Shown here piece after piece: positions 38,213-47,509 of a stretch of 64,000 bases of DNA. A program made the position numbers and the translations under genes. The notes beneath the pieces are model-generated. The model saw only the letters and a list, made by a program, of their open reading frames with translations, was not told the origin of the DNA and ran no database searches. The DNA comes from an uncultured Verrucomicrobiae bacterium (GTDB lineage: Bacteria; Verrucomicrobiota; Verrucomicrobiia; Chthoniobacterales; JAFAMB01), in contig CAWBYX010000033.1 in NCBI GenBank assembly GCA_963793135.1, positions 33,708 through 97,707 on the forward strand, read 5' to 3'. Every line of letters starts with the position of its first letter. Positions within the stretch are counted from its first letter, which is position 1.

Positions 38213-39211
38213 CTATCCCAGATGAAATCGACCACCCCGGGTCAGCGCAAACAGGACCACGGTGATCGCCAGCAAGATAACCACCAAGGACGAAGCCATC
38301 GCTGCGGCATATCCATAATTGTTAAATTTAAATGCCTGCTCATAGATATAGAACACGGCCAGCGACGTCGAATTGGCCGGTCCGCCGTTTGTCATGATAT
38401 AAATGAGATCGAATGCCTGGGAACCGGAGACCGCCGCCACGGTTGAAACCAGGACCACGAAGAAACTAGTCGGCCGCAGCAAAGGCAAGGTAATTTTTGT
38501 GAACATAGCCCACGGTTTTGCACCATCGATTTTCGCCGCCTCATAGTATTCCCGAGGGATCTCCTGAAGGCCGGACAGAAAGATGATCATGTAATATCCC
38601 ATCAGGAACCAGATCGTGACGACCAGAACCGCACCCAGTGCAAAATGCGGGTCACCTAACCAGGATCGTCCCTGAAGACCAACGAGTTCGAGCATCCGAT
38701 TGATAAACCCGACCTTATCGATCAGCATCACTTTCCAGATCAATGCCACAACCACCAGGCTGACCACGTAGGGCATGAAGAAGAGGCTGCGCCAGAGGCC
38801 GATCAATGGAATTTTTTGCCGCACCAACAACGCGAGCCCTAAGCCGCTGACATAAAGCCCCGGGACCAGGCAAACGACGTAGACGATCGTCACTCCGATG
38901 CTTTTGAGGAACAACGGATCGTGAAACATTCGGTTGTAGTTGGCCAGCCCAATGAACTTGTAGCCGCCGAACCCATCGACACTGAAAAACCCAAGGCTTA
39001 GAGCCAGCACCATCGGTATGGCCACAAAAATGAGCAAACCGATAAAGTCCGGCAAAATAAACAGCCACGCGGCAAGCGCTTCCTTTCGCGACGTCGTCCA
39101 GTAAGGGCGCCCCTTCGGGTGCATCGCTATCCGCCCCGATCCTCGTTCATTCCCCGGTTCTCCGGATGAAGGTTCCAGGTGGCCGAGCGACAATCGAGGC
39201 GGATCATCCAT
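38213..39211 (-). CDS. Carbohydrate ABC transporter permease (MalF/UgpA-like)
   Basis: 332 aa. EAA loop YEAAKIDGAKPWAMFTKITLPL. The start may be the internal MHPKG at 39124. Confidence 0.85.
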   Translation of the reverse strand: MDDPPRLSLGHLEPSSGEPGNERGSGRIAMHPKGRPYWTTSRKEALAAWLFILPDFIGLLIFVAIPMVLALSLGFFSVDGFGGYKFIGLANYNRMFHDPLFLKSIGVTIVYVVCLVPGLYVSGLGLALLVRQKIPLIGLWRSLFFMPYVVSLVVVALIWKVMLIDKVGFINRMLELVGLQGRSWLGDPHFALGAVLVVTIWFLMGYYMIIFLSGLQEIPREYYEAAKIDGAKPWAMFTKITLPLLRPTSFFVVLVSTVAAVSGSQAFDLIYIMTNGGPANSTSLAVFYIYEQAFKFNNYGYAAAMASSLVVILLAITVVLFALTRGGRFHLG

Positions 39212-39331
39212 ACGATGAAAAGTTGAAACGGTGATTCGAAACGTGGGTCGCTTTTCTAGCCCGCAATGAGCACTTGCTTCGGACCGGCGGCCCTCGGCCG
39301 TGATATTTGCGGGCTAGGCGACTTTATTCCG

Positions 39332-40726
39332 TCAAAGCAAGGGCGCACCCGAGTAACCGGCCAGGAAACTGTCGATCTCCTGCGATCCTTGTTCCGCTGT
39401 CTGTTTCGGATCTGCACCGCCGAGTTGGCAGGCTTGGATCGAATCTGAGATGGTCTTGTAGACCTCCGGTGGGACACGCGGCTCGCCCCTCCCGGTGGGA
39501 AAGATCTCATCCTTAAATATTTTCATCGGACCCGAGCTATACCCGCCCGCTGCTGCGCCTTTTTCCAAGGCGGATTTGCGCGGTGCAACGTCGCTCTTGG
39601 CTTTCGTACACCAGTCGACCACGCGCTGGACGGAGTCTTCCTGCATCGAACCGAGGGCCCAAACACAGAACTTCGCGGCTTCCTCAGGATTTTGCCCCTT
39701 GGCGTTTGCGACAAAAGACCATCCACCCAAAACGCTTTTGGGAGTGCCACCGGTCGGCACCGGCAAGGGAAAAACGCCGTACTGAAAATCCTTGGCGTTC
39801 TCTCGTAAGGCACTCACTGCCCAGATACCAACGTTTTGCATGGCGCAAAATCCAGAAGCCAGATTTGCCACCACATCCCATACGCCCCCGCCCAGGTAGT
39901 TCCTCGAAGCGACATTCTGCTTAATGGAGTCTTGCCAGAACTTAAGCGCCTGCACGGTGCCCGGAGAGTTAAACGCACTCTTTTTTCCATCTGGCGTTGC
40001 GATGTCTCCCCCTCCTTGCCACATAAATGGATACCAGGTAAAAGTCTGATAATATCCGGGAGTCGTTTCGAACAAACAACCGAACCGATTCCCTTTGGTC
40101 AGTTTGCGAGCGATCTCCAGGTATTGATCCCATGTTTTCGGGATATCCGCCTCCGAAAGACCTGCGTCCTGGAAGGCTTTGACACTGTAATACATCGCCA
40201 TCGGTTCGACTTCCATCGGCAGCCCATAGATCTTGCCATCGACCATCCTGGTCTCCATCACATTCGGAAAGAAATCCTTTCTCGCTGCTTCTTCCATGTA
40301 AGGCGTGAGCTCGGTCAGCACACCCCCGTTGGCGTACCGAAGAAAATCGCCAGGACTGATGATGAAGATGTCCGGACCTTTCCCGGACGCAAAGGCCGTT
40401 TGCAGCTTGGAGCCGTTCATGTAGTCATTATTCGGCACGTACTGCAGATCAATCTTAACGTCATGCGTGGCGTTCCAGGCGGCTACGCAGTCGACAAACC
40501 ATTTGCTCTGCAGGTTGGAAATGCCGTTCGGGGCATAGAACTGCCAGAATGAAAGAGTCTTTGTCGCCGCTCGAGCGGAGTGAATAAAAAATGGGGAGAA
40601 TACGGAGGAGACCGCGGCGACAGCAGCGACTTTGCCTCCCTTTCTAAGCAGTTCCCTCCGGGTAATTCCTGGTACCGCATCAGACAATGGATCTGAGCGA
40701 CTGTTTTCAAATTTAATTTCGGCCAT
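39332..40726 (-). CDS. Extracellular solute-binding protein (family 1, sugar-type) with Tat leader
   Basis: 464 aa. GITRRELLRKGGKVAAVAAV. First gene of a three-gene importer operon, with no ATPase gene adjacent. Confidence 0.85.
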   Translation of the reverse strand: MAEIKFENSRSDPLSDAVPGITRRELLRKGGKVAAVAAVSSVFSPFFIHSARAATKTLSFWQFYAPNGISNLQSKWFVDCVAAWNATHDVKIDLQYVPNNDYMNGSKLQTAFASGKGPDIFIISPGDFLRYANGGVLTELTPYMEEAARKDFFPNVMETRMVDGKIYGLPMEVEPMAMYYSVKAFQDAGLSEADIPKTWDQYLEIARKLTKGNRFGCLFETTPGYYQTFTWYPFMWQGGGDIATPDGKKSAFNSPGTVQALKFWQDSIKQNVASRNYLGGGVWDVVANLASGFCAMQNVGIWAVSALRENAKDFQYGVFPLPVPTGGTPKSVLGGWSFVANAKGQNPEEAAKFCVWALGSMQEDSVQRVVDWCTKAKSDVAPRKSALEKGAAAGGYSSGPMKIFKDEIFPTGRGEPRVPPEVYKTISDSIQACQLGGADPKQTAEQGSQEIDSFLAGYSGAPLL

Positions 40727-40896
40727 AGTGGGTCTTTATTTTCGAATGGTCCCCCCAGCGATATCTTCCGATTTCGCGTCCGGCCGTCGTTCAGTACCTC
40801 TAAACGGCGCATCGCCAGCCTCCCGTTCGACGGGGATCCAACGATTTGACGGTTGCTTTGCCGGCATCTGGGGGGCACGCAATCCAAGTTCTGGTT

Positions 40897-40910
40897 TGCA
40901 ATCGATTACA
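40897..40910. promoter_or_regulatory. Candidate LacI-family operator TGCAATCGATTACA
   Basis: Fits the generic LacI/CcpA-type consensus TGNAANCGNTTNCA at all fixed positions. It lies in the divergent region between the SBP operon and the LacI-family gene. Confidence 0.55.
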
Positions 40911-40995
40911 TGCTAATTTACTAGACCCCCACGGTCAAGCCTCGCACCCTTTCCGATTTTGCCCCGATGGTTGCTGAGGTTCTCTCCAAGTTGCT

Positions 40996-42072
40996 ATGAA
41001 CTTTAGTGATCTTGCCCGCCAATTGAATGTCAGTACCGCCACGGTTTCTCGGGCCTTAAGTCGTCCAGACAAGGTCGCGCCTGCCACCAGAAAGCGCGTT
41101 CTCGAGTTCGTCCGGCGTTCCGGCTACCACATCAACGGCATTGCTCGATCTCTCCGGACCCAATCCACAAGGACAATCGGCGTCATTGTCTCCGATATCC
41201 GAAATCCCTTTTCTTCGGCGATCGTTAAATCTGTTGAGGATATTGCCAGAACCAACGGGTACACCGTCCTGATCTGTAATGCCGACGAAGATGGAAGAAA
41301 TGAAGAAGCGGCTTTAGAGCTCTTTCTTGAACGCCAAGTTTCCGGCGTCATCCATTGTTCTGCCGGGGCAAATCTGGATTTGCTGCGCGTCCTCCTCGAG
41401 AGGTCCATTCCCCTGGTCGATCTCGACCGGCAGTCCGGACTTCAGAACGTTGATACTGTCATTCTCGACAATCAGTTAGGAGCCGCACTTGCAACCCGCC
41501 ATTTAGTCGAACTGGGACATCGCCGAGTGGCCATGATTTCCGGGCCAAGACATCTCTCGAACGCCCGCAAGAGGCTCGATGCCTTCCGCAAAACACTTCG
41601 CTCGAGACGGATTGTTGTTCCAAAAGAGTACGTTACCTTCGGCGATTTCCGTGAACAATCCGGACAGATCGCTGCCGAACGACTTTTATCCCTCCGGACT
41701 CCCCCCAGCGCCATCCTGGTTGCCAATAACGAAATGATGGCCGGCGCCCTCTTCGCGATCCGGCAAAGAGGCGTTAAAGTACCGCGTGACCTGTCGCTGG
41801 TCGGGTTCGATGACGCGCGTTGGGCCCGATATTCCGATCCGCCATTAACCGTGGTGTCACAGCCGACTGAACGAATGGGCCAAAAGGCCGCCGAACTACT
41901 TCTGGGACGTTTGCAGGGTGAAAGGCGTGCCAATACCGTGGTGTTCGAACCCGAACTGATCGTTCGGCGCTCGACTTGTCCGCCGAGGCGCGAGTTGAGG
42001 TTGGCGTTCTCGGCGTTCGGCGTGTCGGCGTTCGGCGTTCGGCGTTCGGAGGCGCAGTCAGGACATCGGTAA
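40996..42072 (+). CDS. LacI-family transcriptional regulator
   Basis: 358 aa. HTH LARQLNVSTATVSRAL and a periplasmic-binding-fold effector domain. The last approximately 25 aa (LAFSAFGVSAFGVRRSEAQSGHR) are encoded by the repeat at 42003-42050. Confidence 0.85.
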   Translation: MNFSDLARQLNVSTATVSRALSRPDKVAPATRKRVLEFVRRSGYHINGIARSLRTQSTRTIGVIVSDIRNPFSSAIVKSVEDIARTNGYTVLICNADEDGRNEEAALELFLERQVSGVIHCSAGANLDLLRVLLERSIPLVDLDRQSGLQNVDTVILDNQLGAALATRHLVELGHRRVAMISGPRHLSNARKRLDAFRKTLRSRRIVVPKEYVTFGDFREQSGQIAAERLLSLRTPPSAILVANNEMMAGALFAIRQRGVKVPRDLSLVGFDDARWARYSDPPLTVVSQPTERMGQKAAELLLGRLQGERRANTVVFEPELIVRRSTCPPRRELRLAFSAFGVSAFGVRRSEAQSGHR

Positions 42073-42214
42073 CACTGTTCATTGTTTGGTGCTGTCCATC
42101 TCTTAAGGGAACGGGCAACATAAATCGTGCCCACGATCGGCCCCAATCGGCCAAACGGCGCGACACGCCAAACGCTATACGGCGAACGCTGAACGCCGAA
42201 CGCTGAACGCTGAA
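42003..42214. repeat. Inverted pair of GCGTTCGGCGTTC minisatellite arms
   Basis: Left arm 42003-42050 (ggcgttctcggcgttcggcgtgtcggcgttcggcgttcggcgttcgga). Right arm 42161-42214 in complementary orientation (cgacacgccaaacgc...gaacgctgaacgccgaacgctgaacgctga). The loop is about 110 nt. Confidence 0.85.
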
Positions 42215-42323
42215 AACAGTTGCACTCCCCGGTTCCCGGCACACAATCTGTCCCAATCTGCATCAGACCGAAACACCTCGACCCCCAAACGCTGACCGAC
42301 AATTGAGATGCGACGGCCCAGCC

Positions 42324-43475
42324 ATGAAGGTCTGCGATCTCACCCAGTTCTATTCCCCGTTCAGCGGAGGTGTGAAACGCTACGTCGAGGAAAAGCGAAA
42401 GTACGCGAACGCTTTGGGTCATCAGCACCTGCTCATTATCCCAGGGGAAAGGACGGAAAAGATTGAGACCCCGGGAGGCAAAACGTTCCTGATCGGGTCC
42501 CCGCTCGTTTCTCGAACATCCCGTTACCGGGCTCTTTTTAACCTCAATGCAGTCGAAGAAATCCTGGAACGGGAGAAACCGGATGTCATCGAATCGAGCG
42601 ACCCTTACCAGATCGCCTGGAAAGCCATCGTCTCGGGTGAAGCGCTTCGCATCCCAGTGGTTGGTTTCTACCATTCGCATTTCCCTGAAGCGTACCTCCG
42701 CACCACGATGAAGTATTTGGGAGAGACAGCGACTAATGTCATGATGGAGATGGCCAAAAACTATGTGCGCAGCCTTTACAACCATTTCCGCAAAACGTTC
42801 GTTCCATCGGCTGGTCTGGCGCAAGTCCTGAGCGATTGGGGAGTCGAGAATGTCGTGCTATGTGAATTGGGGGTCGATATCGAAGTCTTCAACAAAGCTC
42901 ACGACAAATTGATCACCCGAGCGGAATTTGATGTCCCGAAGAACCGCATCGTGCTCCTGTACGTCGGCAGGCTCGCCGCTGAAAAAAATGTGAAAACCCT
43001 TTTTCAGGCGTTTGATCTGCTCTGCCAGGAAGAGCCCGGGCGATTTCACCTTTTCATTGTCGGCGACGGCTACTATCGCGATGAAGTAATGGAACTTCGA
43101 AAATCAACAAAGGCCGTAACCTGGCTTAGCTACTGCTCTGACCAACAGCAGCTCGCCAGGATTTACCGCGCGGCCGATCTGTTTGTTCACCCAGGCGTTC
43201 AAGAAACATTTGGCCTCGTCGCTCTTGAGAGCCAGGCGTGCGGTACCCCGGTGGTCGGAATCCACGGAAGCTATATGGATCGAATCATTTTCGCCGATCA
43301 ATCGCATTGGGCCCAGGAAAACTCTCCAGAATCATTGGCCGCGGCGATTCGAGCGATGAGCAAGACCGATTTGGAGTCGGCCGGAAACAAAGCCAGCCAA
43401 AGCGTGATCCGGCGCTACTCCTGGCGCAAAGTCTTTGATCGAATGTTCGAAACCTATCAAAAGATCCGCGCCTGA
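42324..43475 (+). CDS. Glycosyltransferase family 4 (GT-B fold)
   Basis: Start at MKVCDLTQFYSP. C-terminal motif QETFGLVALESQACGTPVVG. Confidence 0.8.
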   Translation: MKVCDLTQFYSPFSGGVKRYVEEKRKYANALGHQHLLIIPGERTEKIETPGGKTFLIGSPLVSRTSRYRALFNLNAVEEILEREKPDVIESSDPYQIAWKAIVSGEALRIPVVGFYHSHFPEAYLRTTMKYLGETATNVMMEMAKNYVRSLYNHFRKTFVPSAGLAQVLSDWGVENVVLCELGVDIEVFNKAHDKLITRAEFDVPKNRIVLLYVGRLAAEKNVKTLFQAFDLLCQEEPGRFHLFIVGDGYYRDEVMELRKSTKAVTWLSYCSDQQQLARIYRAADLFVHPGVQETFGLVALESQACGTPVVGIHGSYMDRIIFADQSHWAQENSPESLAAAIRAMSKTDLESAGNKASQSVIRRYSWRKVFDRMFETYQKIRA

Positions 43476-43503
43476 CACCAGTCGCGAAATCCGAGTATCT
43501 GGT

Positions 43504-44232
43504 ATGTGCGGCCGTTACCGTCGAACCACCCAAGAAGAAGAACTCGCGCGACTCTATCATATCCCGATTCCAAAACAGACGGATTTACCGATCAGCTACA
43601 ACATCGCTCCGAGTCAGCAGGTTTTGACGATCCGATTCAATCCCGAAACCCGGCAACGCTCCCTCAATGCCCTCCAGTGGGGGCTGATTCCTTCTTGGGC
43701 AAATGACCCGAAAATTGGCTACAAAACGGTCAACGCGCGGGTCGAGACAATCGATACCGCGCCCTCGTTTCGCGAGGCATTTAAGAAACGGCGCTGCTTG
43801 ATCCCAGCCGACGGATTTTACGAATGGCAGAAAGTCGTGGGCGGCAAGATTCCGTTTTCGATCGGGATGAAGGACGATGCGCCCTTCGTCTTTGCCGGGC
43901 TTTGGGAAGGCTGGAAAGACCCCGTGACTCAAGGCTGGTTGCGCACCTGCACCATCATCACCGGAGAGCCTAACGAGCTCGTCGCCCAGATCCACAGCCG
44001 GATGCCTGTGATTCTCGCTGAAGAACATCACGAGGCTTGGTTGACCAATCAAGCTGGCAAAGAGGTATTGGTGCCCTTCCCGGGCTCCGCCATGCGCGCA
44101 TGGCCGATCAGTCCGCGTGTGAACAGTCCGAAGAACAACGATCCGGATTTACTCTTGCCGGTCGAGGGAATGAACCAGGTTGGCCCTCCGAAGATAAAAG
44201 AGATTGCTTCCGATCTCTTTCCCACTATCTAA
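43504..44232 (+). CDS. SOS response-associated peptidase (SRAP/YedK family, abasic-site crosslinking)
   Basis: Starts MCGRYRR (catalytic Cys2). NARVETI, FYEW. Confidence 0.9.
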   Translation: MCGRYRRTTQEEELARLYHIPIPKQTDLPISYNIAPSQQVLTIRFNPETRQRSLNALQWGLIPSWANDPKIGYKTVNARVETIDTAPSFREAFKKRRCLIPADGFYEWQKVVGGKIPFSIGMKDDAPFVFAGLWEGWKDPVTQGWLRTCTIITGEPNELVAQIHSRMPVILAEEHHEAWLTNQAGKEVLVPFPGSAMRAWPISPRVNSPKNNDPDLLLPVEGMNQVGPPKIKEIASDLFPTI

Positions 44233-44280
44233 TTTGGGACGTCTGCGGTTTTTTTTTGGAAGCTGGAGTGACGGACATGC

Positions 44281-44977
44281 GTGGAATCTAAAGTGCTCGA
44301 AGCAAAGGACTTTCAGGTTCGGAACTATCGCCCATCCGATCGGGATTCGGTACGAGCGCTCTGCTGCGAAACCGGTTTTCTGGGCAGCGCCATTGACCCC
44401 GTCTTTGAAGACAGGGAGCTGTTCGCGGACTTTTTAACGGACTATTATCTGAGGCACGAACCGAGACTCCGCGTTTGTGGTCACCAAAAACGAGGTCGTC
44501 CACGGGTACCTCCTCGGAGCGCATCACCTTTCAAGCCATCGATTTCATAGCCTTTTACAGATTTTCAATTTCTTACCCAAGGTGGTTTGGCGGTATCTCG
44601 GCTACCGGCCCGAGTCTCGCCGGTACATCCATTGGCTGATTTCAAAAGCTTGGCGTGAAGTCCCGGTGGCTCCCAGGAACATTGGACATTTCCACGTCAA
44701 CCTTCTTCCGACGGTGAAGTCTATCCAGGTCTTTCGCCTACTCCTTGAAACCTACCTGCGTCATCTCTACGACCAAGGCGTCAAACAGGTCCATGCGCAA
44801 ATGGTGACCTTTGACGGCAGGCGGGGTCCTAAGCTGTTTGAGCGCTACGGGTTCAAAGTGATCAATCAATCTGAAATCACCAAGTATCGTCGATATACCG
44901 ATCAAACCGTTTACCTCTGCACGATCGTGAAAACTCTTGAGGGAGAGAGCGAACGGTTCTTGTACCCGGTCAGGTAA
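44281..44977 (+). pseudogene. GNAT-like acetyltransferase, split by one frameshift as sequenced
   Basis: Frame 1 reads ...FLTDYYLRHEP and then nonsense. The +1 frame, open immediately after a TGA at about 44449-44451, reads DSAFVVTKNEVVHGYLLGA...FERYGFKV. The junction is at about 44461-44464. Confidence 0.55.
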
Positions 44978-45114
44978 ACGAAAGCGACCGGGATCTGGCG
45001 TTCAGCGGGGCAGTCTTCGGATTATACCGACCCGCCTTACCTTGGCTTGCTGACGCGTCTATAGCCTCTATTTGGGTAAATATGACTCACTTTGGTTTTG
45101 TCTTTTTGGCTCTG

Positions 45115-45129
45115 AATATGAGACATATT
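45115..45129. promoter_or_regulatory. Palindrome AATATG-AGA-CATATT about 90 bp upstream of the sigma-54-like promoter
   Basis: 6-bp perfect inverted arms. A related half-site aaatatgactca lies at 45078-45089. A possible activator (bEBP) site, but speculative. Confidence 0.25.
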
Positions 45130-45209
45130 GGCGCATAGCGCGGACTGTTTCACGCTTTAGTGTTTTCGTAAATCCTTAGACACGTGTGATTTACGTTATA
45201 TCAATGAAG

Positions 45210-45226
45210 TTGGCATGGCATAAGCT
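45210..45226 (+). promoter_or_regulatory. Sigma-54 (-24/-12)-like promoter upstream of hsp20
   Basis: TTGGCATGGCATAAGCT versus the consensus YTGGCACGrNNNTTGCW. GG (45212-45213) and GC (45224-45225) are correctly spaced, and 12 of 14 specified positions match. It lies 46 nt upstream of the ATG at 45272. Confidence 0.4.
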
Positions 45227-45271
45227 TTTGATCTTGGGCGTAACCAACCACTGAAAGAACAAAATAGAATT

Positions 45272-45736
45272 ATGAACATTGTACGCTATCAACGATATCC
45301 TCAAAGCGATCTGTCAGTCGCTCTCGGGCAGTTGACCAATATGCGCCAAGAATTGGATCGGGTGTTTGAGTCGCCCTTCGGCTCACTTTTCCGACCCCTT
45401 GGTTCGCTCAACCGGTGGAACCCTGCGGTCGATGTCTACCAGGACAAAGATCAGTTTACCGTATACGCTGAAATTCCCGGGCTGAAAAAGGAAGAGATCG
45501 AAATCTCCTTCCACGGGGACACCTTGACCATCGGGGGCGAACGCAAACGTGAAGGCAACACCGAGGATGGTTTCCGCTCCGAACGATTCTTCGGCAAATT
45601 TCAGCGAAGCCTGACTTTGCCGGTCCCGGTGAATAGGGAACAAGTGAACGCCACCTATAAGGACGGAATCCTGAAGGTCGTCCTTCCCAAAGCCGAAGAA
45701 GCGAAGCCAAAACAGATCACTGTCTCTTTGAACTGA
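45272..45736 (+). CDS. Hsp20/alpha-crystallin small heat-shock protein
   Basis: 154 aa. PAVDVYQDKDQFTVYAEIPG, GILKVVLPK. Confidence 0.9.
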   Translation: MNIVRYQRYPQSDLSVALGQLTNMRQELDRVFESPFGSLFRPLGSLNRWNPAVDVYQDKDQFTVYAEIPGLKKEEIEISFHGDTLTIGGERKREGNTEDGFRSERFFGKFQRSLTLPVPVNREQVNATYKDGILKVVLPKAEEAKPKQITVSLN

Positions 45737-45798
45737 ACCACACAACGCCGAGGTCTTGAGGCCTCGGCTCGGAAGAAATCTAATTTTTGGAAAAGAAC

Positions 45799-46185
45799 AT
45801 GAACATTAATAACCAGCAGCAAAGCGAATCGGCACTTGCAACCCGGCCGGAGCAAAAGGAGGTCCAATACATTACTCCTGCGGCAGATGTAGAATCCGCC
45901 AAAGAGGGCTATACCATCCGCGCGGAGATGCCCGGCGTCGATAAATCCGGCCTTGAGGTCACCGTCGACAATGGAGAGTTGACGATTCTCGGGCACCGAC
46001 GTGCCGAGGAATTTGCAGGCGAACCGGTCTATCGCGAGATACGCCGAAATGATTTCCGGCTCGTTTTCGAATTGGACCCAACAATTGATACGGCCCGGAT
46101 CACCGCTCGCGTTGATCAAGGCGTGTTAACGCTGACTCTGCCGAAAGCAGAGAGTGTTAAACCGCGCAAGATCACCGTAGAGTAA
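45799..46185 (+). CDS. Hsp20/alpha-crystallin small heat-shock protein (second copy)
   Basis: Start at the ATG at 45799. YTIRAEMPGVDKSGLEVTV, GVLTLTLPK. Confidence 0.85.
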   Translation: MNINNQQQSESALATRPEQKEVQYITPAADVESAKEGYTIRAEMPGVDKSGLEVTVDNGELTILGHRRAEEFAGEPVYREIRRNDFRLVFELDPTIDTARITARVDQGVLTLTLPKAESVKPRKITVE

Positions 46186-46328
46186 AAGAAAATGTAAGGG
46201 GGCGGATGGGCGTATCGGCAGAGACGCGCGTGGGGGGACAACTTTTAGGAAGTCTCAAGTCGACACGTTTCAACCGCCCCAAATTGAACGTTACAATTCA
46301 CGCAGAATAAGAGATCATTTCGCCCCCC

Positions 46329-47297
46329 ATGAAAGCGATACGGTTTCATGCCTATGGCGGTCCTGAAGTCCTTTGTTTGGATGAAATACCTGTTCCAGAG
46401 ATTCAACCGGATGAAGTTCTGGTTCAAGTCCATGCGGCAGGTGTGAATTTTCTCGACGCCTATCAGAGAACAGGCCTTTACAAAACTCCGTTGCCGTTTG
46501 GGCCCGGAATGGAAGGCGCCGGTGTCATCGAAAAAGCCGGATCAGCCACTACGCTGACGCCCGGGACTCGGGTGGCCTGGACCCAGCATTCGGGGGCCTA
46601 TGCGCAGTTCGCTGCGGTGCCTGCCTGGAAAGTAGTGACTCTTCCGGATGGCGTGGACGACCAGTCGGGAGCCGCCGCTCTTCTTCAGGGCATGACGGCG
46701 GAATATTTGTGCGAGACGACTTATCCTGCCCGGGTCGGTGACTTGGCGTTGGTCCATGCCGGTGCCGGCGGCGTCGGTCTTTTACTCATTCAGTTGCTGA
46801 AACAAAAAGGCGCCAGAGTTTTTACGACCGTGTCTACTCCGGAAAAGGCCGCCCTCGCTCAGGAAGCAGGCGCAGACGAAACAATCCTCTACACGGAAAC
46901 CGATTTCGTCGAAGCGGTGAAAAAGTTCACCAATGGGAAGGGTGTTCATGTCGCCTACGATTCCGTTGGTAAAACCACTTACGAAGGAAGCCTGAATGTG
47001 CTTCGTCCGTTAGGGATGCTGGTGCTGTTCGGACAGTCCAGCGGCCCGGTTCCGCCGATTGATCCACTGTTGCTTTCACAGAAAGGCTCGTTATTCCTCA
47101 CTCGCCCAAGTCTGGCCCATTACGTCGCAGATGCCGCCAGCTTCAATCACCGGGCGACCAGGGTGCTGAACTGGGTCGCGCAAAAATCACTGAAACTGCG
47201 GATCGGAAAGGTCTACCCGCTCGAAGAAGTCGCGCAGGCGCAACGGGATCTGGAAGCGAGGAAAACAACCGGCAAACTCGTCGTGAACATAAGCTAA
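46329..47297 (+). CDS. qor: NADPH:quinone oxidoreductase (zinc-independent MDR family)
   Basis: 322 aa. MKAIRFHAYGGPEVL, AGAGGVG, KLVVNI. Confidence 0.85.
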   Translation: MKAIRFHAYGGPEVLCLDEIPVPEIQPDEVLVQVHAAGVNFLDAYQRTGLYKTPLPFGPGMEGAGVIEKAGSATTLTPGTRVAWTQHSGAYAQFAAVPAWKVVTLPDGVDDQSGAAALLQGMTAEYLCETTYPARVGDLALVHAGAGGVGLLLIQLLKQKGARVFTTVSTPEKAALAQEAGADETILYTETDFVEAVKKFTNGKGVHVAYDSVGKTTYEGSLNVLRPLGMLVLFGQSSGPVPPIDPLLLSQKGSLFLTRPSLAHYVADAASFNHRATRVLNWVAQKSLKLRIGKVYPLEEVAQAQRDLEARKTTGKLVVNIS

Positions 47298-47509
47298 AAC
47301 AAAGAATTTAGCTTCAACCGGACTGGCCTTACTGCTCTCCGACAAAGATCATGTGGCCGTTCATATCCCCACAGTGAAGCAAAGGCCAAGGTTATAACCG
47401 AGCGACACATCTGACTACGAGGAACGCAACTTCGTAACGCTTAGACAACGATTACGTCAACTGGGGCAAAAAACGGTCAACCCCTGAAAAAATAGCGTTT
47501 TCTCGAAAC

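Noticed and set aside
41472-42824. 450-aa ORF on the minus strand
   Set aside because: It is antisense to the well-supported LacI-family gene and to the 5' part of the GT4 gene. It runs through the GCGTTC repeat pair and has an Arg/Ser/Cys-rich composition typical of an antisense frame in GC-rich DNA.
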